From the IMG/VR virus record IMGVR_UViG_3300023174_000084, positions 32,001 through 96,000 of that record: a stretch of DNA of 64,000 bases, one strand, 5' to 3'. The notes beneath the pieces were generated by a model. The model worked only from the letters and a program-made list of their open reading frames with translations, had not been told where the DNA came from and searched no databases. This document shows, piece by piece, positions 26,634 through 38,725 of this stretch. Source of the stretch: a virus. Made by a program: the position numbers and the translations under genes. Numbering within the stretch: position 1 is the stretch's first letter; every line of letters starts with the position of its first letter.

Positions 26634-28317
26634 AAGCTGCACCAACGATTGTTGTGAAGTCAACACCAGTTCCAACTGCAACAAAGTTCAACTGAATGAA
26701 GTTGATAGAACGAGCAGGTTTGATGTAAATATCACCAACAAATTGATTACTGTCAATGACTTGTGGTGTATTGTTGGTTGTATCACAAACCACACGGAAG
26801 TCATAGATACCACGGCGACCTTGAACATCACGCAGATACGGAGTTACTAGTGCTACAAACTGAGCACGAGTAAATTCATCATTGAATTCAAATAACGAGA
26901 ACTGAGCAGCTTGAGAAATTGCTTTTTCAAGAACAATGAATAATCTACGGACATTGATGCGGTCAAATGCAGATGGTTTGTTTTGTAAAGTCTTATCACC
27001 AAACAGAACAATGCCTTGGCCAGGAAACGACACAACTGGATTTACGCCTGCTGCATATAATACATCTCGTTGTGTTTTATTTGGATTCCATGCCAGTTTA
27101 ATAGCATTTTTAATTTGACCACGGTTGAAACCAGCTGGCGAGAACCATGGATCACGAACCGTATCAGTATTAACACAAAGACCGGCTACATCACCATTTA
27201 ATGGAATATAACGATATACATTGTTATACTTGTCGTACATATATTTGTAACCAGAATCAGCTACAACATAAGAACTGGAACGAGCCAAACTTGTTAACCA
27301 AGCTTGAATACCAGCTGTTGGTGTTGTGTTGATGCTATCAATTGCTGTTCGTGGAGGCGAAATAAATGCTACGCAGTCTTTACGAGAATTGACAATATTA
27401 TCAATTACATATTGTTGAACTACTGTATTTGCATTACCAGTTAACACCAATGAAATATCAATTGTTTCTTTGTTAGCAAACAAATCATAAGCAGTTTGAA
27501 TATTAGCATTAGTTGGAATAGTTTCTGAACCGCCAGCCAAAGTGATTGTTGGATTTGTTGTCAATGTGGCAAAATTTGTATTTGCTGCTGGACGACCCCA
27601 AGTAGAATTAGTTGTGCTATAACTTACTGGATCAGTTGCATAAACATATTGTGAATTATCAAATATGACTTGTTCATAAAAATTTGATACACCATTAATG
27701 CTTGCATCAGAAGCTTTAGATAAGAATGGATAAACTTCTAATACTGTACCTTGTTGGCCAGTAAATTGACCGCCAGCGTCAATAACGACTACGTGCATTT
27801 CGTCATTAGAACCTCCAACAGCCGCTGCATAATTTGAAGTACCAGGAGCAGAAGTAAAGTAAGAACTATAAGACCAGCTGCTGAACAAACTGGTATTAGC
27901 ACAAACAGCTACTGATAAAGAATTACCAATTATGCCTGGATATTTGGCCATAAATGCACCAAAAAAGTTATTATTATCTCTATTTAAATATAGGTACTCA
28001 AATTCTTCTGAATTAGGAATTTGAAATGCTGTGTTTGCAGCTGCATTGTTTGAGTTAGCATTAACGGCACGAACAACACTTAGATTGTTACCGTAGGCTA
28101 AGAAAGAAGCAGATGTAAAAAATGAAATTGCAGAGTTTGAATCTGGTTTACCAAAATATTTGGTTAATGTAATTTCGTTGTCAACCAGAATTACTTGTCG
28201 TGCTGGACCCCACGAAAAGTTTCCAGCATAAGCACCGGCCGTAGTTAGAACCGAAGGAACGACTGTTGTTAAGTCTACTTCGGAAACATTTACGCCTGGA
28301 GAGATTTGAAACGCCAT
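26632..28317 (-). CDS. 18: tail sheath protein gp18
   Basis: SPGV...E.DLT, PWFSPAG..RG, FDRINVRRLF, IKPARSINFI.LNF. Confidence 0.98.
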   Translation of the reverse strand: MAFQISPGVNVSEVDLTTVVPSVLTTAGAYAGNFSWGPARQVILVDNEITLTKYFGKPDSNSAISFFTSASFLAYGNNLSVVRAVNANSNNAAANTAFQIPNSEEFEYLYLNRDNNNFFGAFMAKYPGIIGNSLSVAVCANTSLFSSWSYSSYFTSAPGTSNYAAAVGGSNDEMHVVVIDAGGQFTGQQGTVLEVYPFLSKASDASINGVSNFYEQVIFDNSQYVYATDPVSYSTTNSTWGRPAANTNFATLTTNPTITLAGGSETIPTNANIQTAYDLFANKETIDISLVLTGNANTVVQQYVIDNIVNSRKDCVAFISPPRTAIDSINTTPTAGIQAWLTSLARSSSYVVADSGYKYMYDKYNNVYRYIPLNGDVAGLCVNTDTVRDPWFSPAGFNRGQIKNAIKLAWNPNKTQRDVLYAAGVNPVVSFPGQGIVLFGDKTLQNKPSAFDRINVRRLFIVLEKAISQAAQFSLFEFNDEFTRAQFVALVTPYLRDVQGRRGIYDFRVVCDTTNNTPQVIDSNQFVGDIYIKPARSINFIQLNFVAVGTGVDFTTIVGAA

Positions 28318-28369
28318 TTTATTCTCCTTGAATTATTATGTGTTCTTGGCAGTTAAAATACCATACTGA

Positions 28370-28377
28370 TATTTATG
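28370..28377 (-). promoter_or_regulatory. late promoter CATAAATA
   Basis: Upstream of gp18. Confidence 0.7.
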
Positions 28378-28388
28378 ATTCATAGGAT

Positions 28389-30068
28389 TTACAAGTCCCT
28401 AAAGAAACTACGATGATATGAAGCATAGGTGTCACCTCCACCTGCCACTTCCCATACATCACCACCTTCCACCATAAAGTCAGTCTTTAAACCATCTTCA
28501 ATGATAGGTGCAGGTAGAACTTCTTCATCAAATTGATTCATATTTTCTAATTGAATTTGTTTTCTTAAATCATGATTTACTATTTCTCTGAAGTATTTCT
28601 GCGTGGTTGCCCATGCAAAAATTACTAAAGTCATTGCCATATCATCATTTGCACCTTCTGCGGCCGCAAATGAAGTCTTATATTGTTCAAATGTTGTTAA
28701 CTCCGAATAGGTGTCAAAATCATTTATCAGTAGTTTATCACCTTCTATTAATGTTTTAAGGTTAGAACAACCTACAGATTTTACTTGAGGCGACATTTTT
28801 AGACCCATCTGGACACCACGAGCAAATCCAGCGGACAATTGTTGAGGTTTTTTATTACCAGTAAAGACTTTTAATAGATTTTCATACTCTAAATCTGTGT
28901 GAATAAAGTCTGCCACCTGAGGATTATTGTTTATTTCTACCAAAATGTAAGCGTCATTATAAACTCTGGCTGCATTGACTATCACCGTTGGAAATAAAAT
29001 AGGTGAAATAGATGAACTTGCATAGGATGCTACTTGTTTATATGGTGTAGATGATATATCAAATACTGAGAATGCCGAGGAGTCTAAGTTTTTACCTTCT
29101 GATACATCCACAGTAATACAGTAAATGTGGTCAGTCAGAGAACCATTGACACCTTCTTTGACAGGATGTTCATAGATTTTCATCTTGTCGTGTTCTGCGA
29201 TTGGGTTCATGTACCTCAATTGTTGCAGTTTATAACCAGAGATAAGGGTATTGGAAGAACCCAAGAACTCGGTTTCAAACTCTTGTGCAAATTGCCGTTC
29301 AGAAGTATTACGGATGGTTTCTTCTTTCCACGCATCATCACGACCTGGTACCATCGACCAATGAATCTCAAAGTTTTTGTAATTGTTTCGACCTTCTAGT
29401 GAATCCATCCACAACTTGTAGAATAGATTCATACCATTTGGTGTGGAAACAATGATAATCTTTGATGACTTACCGGATGATATTACCGGATAGACTGAGT
29501 TAAAGAACTCATTGGCAATATTGTTTGGCACGAAAGCAAATTCGTCTAAGAACACAATGTTAAACGAACCGCCTCGGATTGCAGAGGACGAGGTGGAGGC
29601 CGCAATGACCTTAGAACCGTTCTCTAATTCTACATTACCCTTGTTCCATGTCACCACGCCTTGTTGGAGCCATTGTGGTAAATTCTCGTATGCCAATTGA
29701 TACTTGGCCAAAATATCACGAGCCAAAGAACCTTTGTTTGCCAGTACCGCCACATTCTGCGAATCGGTAAAAATGGTTGCCCAAAGAAGATAACCAACGG
29801 TTGTGGTAGTTTTACCAACCTGACGAGGACATTTGGTAATAACGAAACGATTATCTTTAAATAGATTAATCATTTCTTTTTGAAAGTCCCACATCTTAAA
29901 GTTGATGAGGCCTTCATCCACGTTTACAATCTTAATGTAGTTCATACAGAAGTAAACTGGATCCTTAGAACACTTTACATATTCTTGTACCTGTTCTTCG
30001 GTATACTCGTGTGCAACTCCTACTTTTTTGAGTAGAGGATTATCACGGTAAGAATCTTTAGTGTTCAT
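28389..30068 (-). CDS. 17: terminase large subunit gp17
   Basis: PRQVGKTT, FLDEFAF, STPNG, QEFE.EF, DDM.M. Confidence 0.98.
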   Translation of the reverse strand: MNTKDSYRDNPLLKKVGVAHEYTEEQVQEYVKCSKDPVYFCMNYIKIVNVDEGLINFKMWDFQKEMINLFKDNRFVITKCPRQVGKTTTTVGYLLWATIFTDSQNVAVLANKGSLARDILAKYQLAYENLPQWLQQGVVTWNKGNVELENGSKVIAASTSSSAIRGGSFNIVFLDEFAFVPNNIANEFFNSVYPVISSGKSSKIIIVSTPNGMNLFYKLWMDSLEGRNNYKNFEIHWSMVPGRDDAWKEETIRNTSERQFAQEFETEFLGSSNTLISGYKLQQLRYMNPIAEHDKMKIYEHPVKEGVNGSLTDHIYCITVDVSEGKNLDSSAFSVFDISSTPYKQVASYASSSISPILFPTVIVNAARVYNDAYILVEINNNPQVADFIHTDLEYENLLKVFTGNKKPQQLSAGFARGVQMGLKMSPQVKSVGCSNLKTLIEGDKLLINDFDTYSELTTFEQYKTSFAAAEGANDDMAMTLVIFAWATTQKYFREIVNHDLRKQIQLENMNQFDEEVLPAPIIEDGLKTDFMVEGGDVWEVAGGGDTYASYHRSFFRDL

Positions 30069-30787
30069 TAAAATAGATGTTCAATCTTTATTTTGGCATG
30101 AGGTGAACCGGCATCACCGTGGTAGTCGGTACCAAAGTGTGTCACCCATGTGTCGGAGAAATTATTTAGTGGTAACATACATCTGTGACCAAATCCTACA
30201 GGTATGTTTATAAACATATTGCCTAGATTGGCTGATTCACGAATACCCCATGAACCTTTTTGACCAAAAATAAAGTAATCAGATTGAATATGTTCTTCTA
30301 CTAATTCTCTATCCATGATAAACATACCTTGATATGGATCAGATAGTGAAATAAACCTTTGACCTTCTACTGTAATTGTTGGTCGATGGCCTTGATGATG
30401 TGTGCAATCTAATGAAAACACTTCACCATTTACTTTTTGAACTCGATGAGTGGCAGGTATAAAATTTAGATTATTGCGTTGAAAGAGTTCTCTGGTGTTT
30501 ACCCAATAATCAAATGTTTTCTTTTCTACTTCGATATTACCTTCAAGGTATGCAAAGTGCGTGTAATCTGATTTGAGAAACTCTGGCATATACTTCTTAT
30601 GTTCCCATGTATGCCAATATGGATGTTCTAAATCTACAACATGAATAGGTAAACTAGAATCAAAATTAACATTGCTGTTAATAATGAGTTTGATGTTTGG
30701 TATAGCAGATAATGTTTTTATTACTTTCTTGAACCGCTCTAATCTTTCTTCAACATAATAAAAACAAACATTCACCCAAAGTTTCAT
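30068..30787 (-). CDS. hypothetical protein inserted between gp16 and gp17; possibly glycosyltransferase-related
   Basis: TWEHK, YTHFAYLEGNI (variant of the Y.Y.EDD motif), PYQGMFI. Confidence 0.4.
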   Translation of the reverse strand: MKLWVNVCFYYVEERLERFKKVIKTLSAIPNIKLIINSNVNFDSSLPIHVVDLEHPYWHTWEHKKYMPEFLKSDYTHFAYLEGNIEVEKKTFDYWVNTRELFQRNNLNFIPATHRVQKVNGEVFSLDCTHHQGHRPTITVEGQRFISLSDPYQGMFIMDRELVEEHIQSDYFIFGQKGSWGIRESANLGNMFINIPVGFGHRCMLPLNNFSDTWVTHFGTDYHGDAGSPHAKIKIEHLF

Positions 30788-31200
30788 TCTTTTCCTTTGA
30801 TTAGTTTATTCAATTCTGCGGTACTACCAACAAAGATAGCTTTATCAATATTGGTGCCAGTATTTTTTTTCTTTTCTTCATCCATCTCACGCATTTGTTT
30901 TTGAATGTTGAGAAGTTCTTTATTGGCATCTACCATATTTTTCAATAGAGTGCCATAGACTTCAAATGCTCGTGGATGTTGGCCTGCTTTGGCAATATTA
31001 AGTATTTCTTCCATGGCTTCTTGGCCTTGGTCAATAATACCTTGTAGATTTTCTTTTGACTGTTGATATGCATCAGTCAAATCTTGTTTCAAATCTGGTT
31101 GATTGTATTTTACCGACACCGTAGGAAGTTTTTCTTTTTTAGGTTCTTCAATTGGCATCACATCAAATACATCTGCTAAAGTTTTATTTAAATCACTCAT
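30784..31200 (-). CDS. 16: terminase small subunit gp16
   Basis: HPRAFEV, FVGSTAEL. Confidence 0.93.
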   Translation of the reverse strand: MSDLNKTLADVFDVMPIEEPKKEKLPTVSVKYNQPDLKQDLTDAYQQSKENLQGIIDQGQEAMEEILNIAKAGQHPRAFEVYGTLLKNMVDANKELLNIQKQMREMDEEKKKNTGTNIDKAIFVGSTAELNKLIKGKE

Positions 31201-31203
31201 AGA

Positions 31204-32196
31204 TTAAGGATATTCAGTAATAATAGTGTTGGCTGTCCAAGTGTTTGCTAGTGCCACATTTGCATTTGCTGGATCAGGTCTCACATCAATTTGTACCAAT
31301 TTTTGTGGTACTGGATTATATGTAGTAAACTTATAATTTGCGTTTGAACTGGAGGATTGAATTGGCAAATTAGAAACAAAATTACCATTAATATTTTTTA
31401 ATTGTAATATATTATTATTGAACGATACGACCTTACCTGTTGCAATGGCCAATGGTGCCGAATATCCTTGATATACAATTTCACCAATTTGATATGTTCC
31501 AACACCTGATGATGGATTGACATAAAATTCAATTATATCATTTTCGCTTATTTGATTATAAATTGATGTAATTGAATGTGTAATAAGTCCTGTGCCAGAA
31601 TCATTAATTTTACCAAAAATATATCCTTTGACCGTAAATGAAAGAGTCCAAATAATAACACGAGTATCTCTTTCATAATTACCTTCATAGTCAATATCTT
31701 GAGCCGTTGAATTTAATACAACAGGAATATTCTTAACAATACCCATTTCAGGTATCATGTTAAGTTTCATTGTATAATCTGGTGTGAAGTAGGAAAGAAT
31801 ATGTTCAATAATTTGTGTACCATCTTCGATATTTCTTACATACAAATAAAGATTAAAATCAAAATTATATGGTACTGGATTATATTGTGAAACTAATCCT
31901 TTTGATGTCTGTGCAAATTGTTTTGTATTTGTATTTTGTTTACGGCTTGCATCATAATTAAAACCAAGCAATTCAAATGACATTCTTGGTAATGTAATTT
32001 GTGTTTTTTTATCTAAATTTGGATCAGTTTCTAAACGAGTAACATAATCTTCTTTTGGTGCGTAGACGATTGGCACAATCATACGTTGTGCTTCAGAATA
32101 ATCTGGATTATATCGAACTAAAGTAATCTCATTAAATAGATTACCAAAACCTATTACATACTTACGAAGCGCTCGGTTATAAAATACGTTTGCCAT
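31204..32196 (-). CDS. 15: tail sheath terminator gp15
   Basis: FGNLFN, VPI.YAPK, TLPRMSFE, QIIE.IL.YF.P. Confidence 0.94.
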   Translation of the reverse strand: MANVFYNRALRKYVIGFGNLFNEITLVRYNPDYSEAQRMIVPIVYAPKEDYVTRLETDPNLDKKTQITLPRMSFELLGFNYDASRKQNTNTKQFAQTSKGLVSQYNPVPYNFDFNLYLYVRNIEDGTQIIEHILSYFTPDYTMKLNMIPEMGIVKNIPVVLNSTAQDIDYEGNYERDTRVIIWTLSFTVKGYIFGKINDSGTGLITHSITSIYNQISENDIIEFYVNPSSGVGTYQIGEIVYQGYSAPLAIATGKVVSFNNNILQLKNINGNFVSNLPIQSSSSNANYKFTTYNPVPQKLVQIDVRPDPANANVALANTWTANTIITEYP

Positions 32197-33098
32197 TAGA
32201 TGTTACCAAAAGGATTTGTTTCAGAGAAATTCACAATAGAATTCGCTGAGTTTTCAATAATATAATTATCATAACTATCATCTTCAACTACATCACGCAA
32301 TGAATCATATGTAGACAATATGTATTGTGCATTACTGGTAGCACCTACAATCTTAATTGGCCCCTCAATAAACTCACCAGCAATATTAGAAACAATTAAT
32401 GTATTAGATGTTTGTGTGTTGGCTGATTTAATCCAAGTTTGAACAATTGCCACAGCAGCTGCATTGGCTTGTGTATTTGCAGAAGATTGATATACAATTT
32501 CACCGTATTGATAGTTACCGGTACCTGCACCAAGGTTAAGTTCAATTGAATATGTGGCTTGTTTGGCTGCATCATCAATTTCTGCCACACCTGTTGCCAA
32601 CAATTCACTAGAAAACTTGAACTTCTCTAAGTGTAACTCATAGAAGTATGGTGCTGGCCGACCAAGCATATAGAAGTCTTTGTCTTGGTCAGTAAATGTA
32701 ATTTCATACAATTCACCTTCACCATTCAAAAATGGAATCCAAATCAAATCACCTTCTCGTGGTCGTGTAAATGTGTTTTGTGGAACTCGTTGTGAAAAAG
32801 ACCTTTTTGTGATAAGAACTTTAGTATGATTTTTAATTTCTAAACCAAACTTAGAGAAGAATTCTTTTTCGCCGGTATAATTAAGTGCTTCTGAAAGATA
32901 GAATTCAACAGGAAAAGCAGAAGTAAATTTTTTAACTGGATCTTCACCAAATAATAAATCACGAGCTTGGTCGTTATCATTAGGCAAATAATAACCATCA
33001 AAACCCATAATTTTTATGGATTCTACAATTAAATCCTCTACTAATCGTTGTTCTTGAAAGCGAGAATTGTAGTTATTAAAATATTGAGAAGTTGCCAT
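32196..33098 (-). CDS. 14: neck protein gp14
   Basis: EQ.LVEDL..ESI, SKFGLEI, RPREGDLI, FSETNPFG. Confidence 0.94.
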   Translation of the reverse strand: MATSQYFNNYNSRFQEQRLVEDLIVESIKIMGFDGYYLPNDNDQARDLLFGEDPVKKFTSAFPVEFYLSEALNYTGEKEFFSKFGLEIKNHTKVLITKRSFSQRVPQNTFTRPREGDLIWIPFLNGEGELYEITFTDQDKDFYMLGRPAPYFYELHLEKFKFSSELLATGVAEIDDAAKQATYSIELNLGAGTGNYQYGEIVYQSSANTQANAAAVAIVQTWIKSANTQTSNTLIVSNIAGEFIEGPIKIVGATSNAQYILSTYDSLRDVVEDDSYDNYIIENSANSIVNFSETNPFGNI

Positions 33099-33110
33099 TG
33101 TGTTGTATAC

Positions 33111-33884
33111 TTAGTTCATCATAAACTCTAAAACGCCACCATAACTATTTTCCATATCATCTTCGAGCTCTTTAATTTCTTGCATTGCTTCTTCAAAGAT
33201 TTTATCACCGTTTAATACAACACCACCTGGTAATTGAATGTTACCAAATTTTTTAAGGTTTTCACCCCATTGTCGTTTAATTAAAGCAGTTGCATATAGT
33301 TTTAGCCAGCGGTCATTCCATACTCGACTGTATACATTTGGATTAACAATAGTGTAACATTCAACTACAACAATTTGGCCTACAGTAATATCTGTATCAT
33401 CCCAACCCCAATCAATGAATAATTTTTCCATATGTCGTTGGTAACGAATTGGAACTTCACCTGTAAATAACTGTTCAAGCATTCTTAGATGCTGCATAGT
33501 CATAGTATAGTTGATGTATGATGCAGAAGTAAAATCGTAGAGTTCGTTTAATCGTAATTGATACCGCAAGTCAAACATACTGACGGTTGCTTGTGAATCA
33601 GAAAGTGGAAATATACGAGTAACACCTTCAACTCGTGTAACGTTATTAGAATTATCGGTAACATTACTTAAATCTAGGTAACGATTATCAATATCTTGTT
33701 GTGTTACTGCGTGAATATAATAAGTTTTCTGTAGTCCATCAAAATGATAGTCTTGAAAATATTGTAAGGCATCATCAACACGATCTTGAACTTGGTCTGG
33801 ATCGACATTGATTTCGATAACCGGAAAGCCAAGTTTTCTAAGGCAGTAGTCGGTAAATTGGTCTCTATTGGTAACGGTTGCCAT
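33111..33884 (-). CDS. 13: neck protein gp13
   Basis: YCLRKLG.PVIEINV, QWG.NL.KF...QLPGGV.LNG. Confidence 0.95.
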   Translation of the reverse strand: MATVTNRDQFTDYCLRKLGFPVIEINVDPDQVQDRVDDALQYFQDYHFDGLQKTYYIHAVTQQDIDNRYLDLSNVTDNSNNVTRVEGVTRIFPLSDSQATVSMFDLRYQLRLNELYDFTSASYINYTMTMQHLRMLEQLFTGEVPIRYQRHMEKLFIDWGWDDTDITVGQIVVVECYTIVNPNVYSRVWNDRWLKLYATALIKRQWGENLKKFGNIQLPGGVVLNGDKIFEEAMQEIKELEDDMENSYGGVLEFMMN

Positions 33885-35115
33885 TTTTTTCTTTCAATTT
33901 TTGTCTAATGGTATTTATTTGAACTTGACGTTCTTTAATCGCTTGTATTAATAAAGGCACCAAACGTTCATATCTAACCGTCAAATAATTTTCACCCGAT
34001 TTACTATTACCATCTTTATCCATATCAAATGGAGCAATAGCAACCGCTTCGGGCATAATTGCTTGTATCTCTTGAGCTATCACACCAACTTGTTTTTTAT
34101 AATCATTATAACCAAATTGTTCAGCAAATTTATTTTGATTGAAAAATACTCCAGAAATTTGATTTAAAAGTGTTAAAGCATCTCTTATTTCAACTATATC
34201 TTCTTTTAGTCTTTTATCTGAAAAATAAGCGGTAATATTATTTGTAGCTATAATTTCACCAGCAGTACCTGAAGCAGCAGTATTAACACCAAGTGAATTG
34301 ATATTAGGATTATCACCTGTTGTTGTTCCTCCAGTTGGGCCAGTAGGTCCTGTTGGGCCTGTAGGACCTGCAGGTCCTGCTGATCCAGCCGGACTAGGAC
34401 CTGTAACACCAGCTGATCCAGCTGGCCCTGTTGGTCCTGTTACGCCTGTTGTACCTGCTGGACTAGGACCTGTAAGACCAGCTGATCCATTTGGTCCTGT
34501 TGGTCCTGCTGATCCAGCCGGACTAGGACCTGTTGGTCCTGTAACACCAGCTGATCCATCTGGTCCTGTTGGTCCTGTTACACCTGTTGTACCTGCTGGA
34601 CTAGGACCTGTAAGACCAGTTTGTCCTGTGGTTCCATTTGATCCTGTTGGTCCTGTTACGCCTGTTGGACTAGGACCTGTTGGTCCTGCTGAGCCTGGAC
34701 CGCCGGCCGAACCTTGTGATCCAGTTACACCTGTAGGACTAGGACCTGTTGGTCCTGTAACACCAGCTGATCCATTTGATCCTGTTGGGCCTGCTGATCC
34801 AGCCGGACTAGGACCTGTTGGTCCTGTAACACCAGCTGATCCATCTGGTCCTGTTGGTCCTGTATTACCTTGAGGTCCATTTGGTCCTGTTGGTCCTGTG
34901 TTGCCTTGGGATCCATTTGGTCCTGTTGGGCCTGCTGATCCAGCTGGACTAGAACCTGTAGAACCAGTTTGTCCTGTGTTGCCTTGGGATCCATTTGGTC
35001 CTGTAGGTCCTGGGTTGTTTGAAGCTTGTCCTGTCCAATTTCCAGCAGAATCTACAATATCTGTTGCACCAACAGATATGCCATTTTTAATTCTAAAATT
35101 TGAGTTAGTGGCCAT
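33865..35115 (-). CDS. collagen-like fibre with periodic interruptions and C-terminal S74 intramolecular chaperone
   Basis: Gly-X-Y repeats, YFSDKRLK autocleavage site, [22 protein letters not shown]. Confidence 0.88.
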   Translation of the reverse strand: MATNSNFRIKNGISVGATDIVDSAGNWTGQASNNPGPTGPNGSQGNTGQTGSTGSSPAGSAGPTGPNGSQGNTGPTGPNGPQGNTGPTGPDGSAGVTGPTGPSPAGSAGPTGSNGSAGVTGPTGPSPTGVTGSQGSAGGPGSAGPTGPSPTGVTGPTGSNGTTGQTGLTGPSPAGTTGVTGPTGPDGSAGVTGPTGPSPAGSAGPTGPNGSAGLTGPSPAGTTGVTGPTGPAGSAGVTGPSPAGSAGPAGPTGPTGPTGPTGGTTTGDNPNINSLGVNTAASGTAGEIIATNNITAYFSDKRLKEDIVEIRDALTLLNQISGVFFNQNKFAEQFGYNDYKKQVGVIAQEIQAIMPEAVAIAPFDMDKDGNSKSGENYLTVRYERLVPLLIQAIKERQVQINTIRQKLKEKNGNRYQ

Positions 35116-35118
35116 TTA

Positions 35119-36422
<1,304 letters not shown>

Positions 36423-36428
36423 AAAAAT

Positions 36429-37559
36429 TTAAATAGGTAATTGTTTTTTCAACCAATTTAATTCTGATCGATTTTCGTTTGATTGATACCAACCTTTACC
36501 TTCATAAACATTCAATACAGATTGAAAATATTCTTCATACATTTTACCAACTTTTTCTAATGTAAAGTTCTCAGCAAATTGCCTACAATTTTTAGGATCA
36601 ATTTTGTCAATATTTTTGGCTGCCCAAGTAAAATGTTCAAAAGTTCTGCATCGATATCCAGTAACACCATGAATATTGTTTTCAGTAAATGATCCCCAAT
36701 CTGTGGTAATCGTTGGAGTACCAGAAAATAATAATTCCATTTGCACACCACCAAAAGGTTCTGTATATAAAGATGCTACAAAAGCACCTTTTGCATTAGA
36801 CATTAATTTTCTTCGTGTTTCAACATCTGCATAACCTAGTTCGGTAACATGAGAAGGAGTTTCTTTATAACCCATTTGTTTTAAAGAATTTTGGCCAGCA
36901 ATAATTAATTTAGCACCAATTGCTTCGGTTGCCTGAACTGCAATATTAACACCTTTACCTTCATATACTCTACCTAAAAATAAAAAATAATCTTCTTTTT
37001 TATCATTAAAAGTAAAATCATCAGGATCAAAATAGTTTGGAATAACTATATCATACCAATCTTGTTTACAAGTACCAACAGATGATATGCCATAGTAAGC
37101 ATGATAGATGGCATACGATTCAAATATTTTCCATCGAGCCCAATGACCACCAGCATAACCAATTCCCGGTTCCACACAAATTAAATCTGGATGTGCATCA
37201 CAAATTGGCCTAACTCCTGAACCCCAAAATGGAAGAATAAAATCGTTTTTTCTTTTTCTTTTATCAACTTCTACAATTCCATTTTTATAAAAGGTTTGAT
37301 AAGCATGGTCTGCTGTATTAAACTTATAAAAGTTTTTTCGCCAATCGTAATTACCATAAGCAATTTCTAAATCTTTATTTGTTGTAATAGTAACATGTTC
37401 TGTGCATTGCAAATCGGAATCTTCATGGCCATAATGTATGACTTCGTGGCCAAGATTTGTCATCATCTTACCAAACTTAACAACCTTTTGTGTATATGCA
37501 CAAGCATTATATTCTTTAGAAGATACTGTATGTGGTAATCCTAAAATATGAAATCTCAC
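36429..37559 (-). CDS. GT-B (GT4-like) glycosyltransferase
   Basis: LGHEV.HY, IPNYFD, FLGR...KG, EPFGGVQME...GTP.ITTDWG...E. Confidence 0.9.
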   Translation of the reverse strand: MRFHILGLPHTVSSKEYNACAYTQKVVKFGKMMTNLGHEVIHYGHEDSDLQCTEHVTITTNKDLEIAYGNYDWRKNFYKFNTADHAYQTFYKNGIVEVDKRKRKNDFILPFWGSGVRPICDAHPDLICVEPGIGYAGGHWARWKIFESYAIYHAYYGISSVGTCKQDWYDIVIPNYFDPDDFTFNDKKEDYFLFLGRVYEGKGVNIAVQATEAIGAKLIIAGQNSLKQMGYKETPSHVTELGYADVETRRKLMSNAKGAFVASLYTEPFGGVQMELLFSGTPTITTDWGSFTENNIHGVTGYRCRTFEHFTWAAKNIDKIDPKNCRQFAENFTLEKVGKMYEEYFQSVLNVYEGKGWYQSNENRSELNWLKKQLPI

Positions 37560-38122
37560 TGTGTAAATACTCCGTAATATGCTCTACCATAACAACCAGA
37601 TTCAGATAGTGTTGTTATCATACCTCTAGCTCCAATCCATTCATTTAAATTCTTTTCTGTAAGTTCGTGTGGATGGCCATCATGTGCTGGTATATCAATC
37701 CATTCAAACAATCTTAATGTTGGTGCCGCTGCTTTGGCATTGGCAATAATTTTACCTGGATCTATTGCATGTTGCATACAATTATAAATCCAAACTTCAT
37801 CCCAACCTCTTTCTACAACCTCTTCACCAGGTTTAATATCAACATCTATATTATGAAAAGCATATCTCATTAATGTCCATTCAGGATATTCTATAGGATC
37901 AACAACTTTACCTTTTTTTAAGTTGATTGTTTTTAATAACATTGAAGTTGGACCACCACCAATATCTAAAATTGATTTATTAAAAACATTAAATGAATAA
38001 TGTTCTCTGTGTAATCCCATTAATTTACCATAGATGTAATGCTTTTGATCTTCATCAAATGTATTACAACAATTTCCCCAATAATCTTTTTCAAATTCAT
38101 AATCTTCCATAATTATACCCAT
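37556..38122 (-). CDS. class I SAM-dependent methyltransferase
   Basis: ILDIGGGP, VVDP, YNCMQH..DP. Confidence 0.8.
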   Translation of the reverse strand: MGIIMEDYEFEKDYWGNCCNTFDEDQKHYIYGKLMGLHREHYSFNVFNKSILDIGGGPTSMLLKTINLKKGKVVDPIEYPEWTLMRYAFHNIDVDIKPGEEVVERGWDEVWIYNCMQHAIDPGKIIANAKAAAPTLRLFEWIDIPAHDGHPHELTEKNLNEWIGARGMITTLSESGCYGRAYYGVFTQ

Positions 38123-38688
38123 TTAGGACCTTCAAACCAAACTGCAATAGAATATCTTGTACCTTTTGTTACTGGATGTGCTTGATGTGGAATAAAAGAT
38201 GGAATGAAAATTGCTGTACCTTGTTGACGAATTTCTTCTTTATTTGGATATTGGCCACAAGTTAAATCAAAAATTTCAAAATCACCACCTTCATATTCAT
38301 CTGGATCGGATAATTGAATAAGACAAGTTAATTTTCTGTGATATGAATCATTATTAATCCAGAATACATCATGATGTTTTTTATATTCTCCTTGATAAGA
38401 AGAATCATATTCAGCTAGTTGAATAAAAGATAGATTGGTAATATGAAAATTGAACCATTCACGGTTCGCTTGAATACCCATTTTCCAAATTTCTTCAAAA
38501 AGAAATTGAAAGTCTGGATCATTTGATTGAACAAAACGAACTTTACTTCTTCGCCAATTATTATCTAAAGTGTTACCATCAACACCTAATACAGCATCTT
38601 TAGAAGATTTTTTTAAACCTAAATCAAGAATTTTTTGGCAAGTTTCTTTTGAGAAATGCTTGCCAAAATAACACCATTCACCTTTCAT
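38113..38688 (-). CDS. 2OG-Fe(II) oxygenase, prolyl-hydroxylase-like
   Basis: RRS, HHD, RKLT..IQL, YEGGD, PSF.PH...PVTKGTRYS...W. Confidence 0.88.
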   Translation of the reverse strand: MKGEWCYFGKHFSKETCQKILDLGLKKSSKDAVLGVDGNTLDNNWRRSKVRFVQSNDPDFQFLFEEIWKMGIQANREWFNFHITNLSFIQLAEYDSSYQGEYKKHHDVFWINNDSYHRKLTCLIQLSDPDEYEGGDFEIFDLTCGQYPNKEEIRQQGTAIFIPSFIPHQAHPVTKGTRYSIAVWFEGPKWV

Positions 38689-38717
38689 AACAACCTCACT
38701 TATTTACATGATAAAAC

Positions 38718-38725
38718 TATTTATT
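38718..38725 (-). promoter_or_regulatory. late promoter AATAAATA
   Basis: Overlaps the stop of the 1690-aa fibre gene; heads the oxygenase-MTase-GT trio. Confidence 0.65.

Noticed and set aside
10600-30068. Introns, inteins or homing endonucleases in gp46, uvsW, gp23, gp20 or gp17
   Set aside because: Reading frames are continuous and of normal length; no HNH, GIY-YIG or LAGLIDADG motifs noticed
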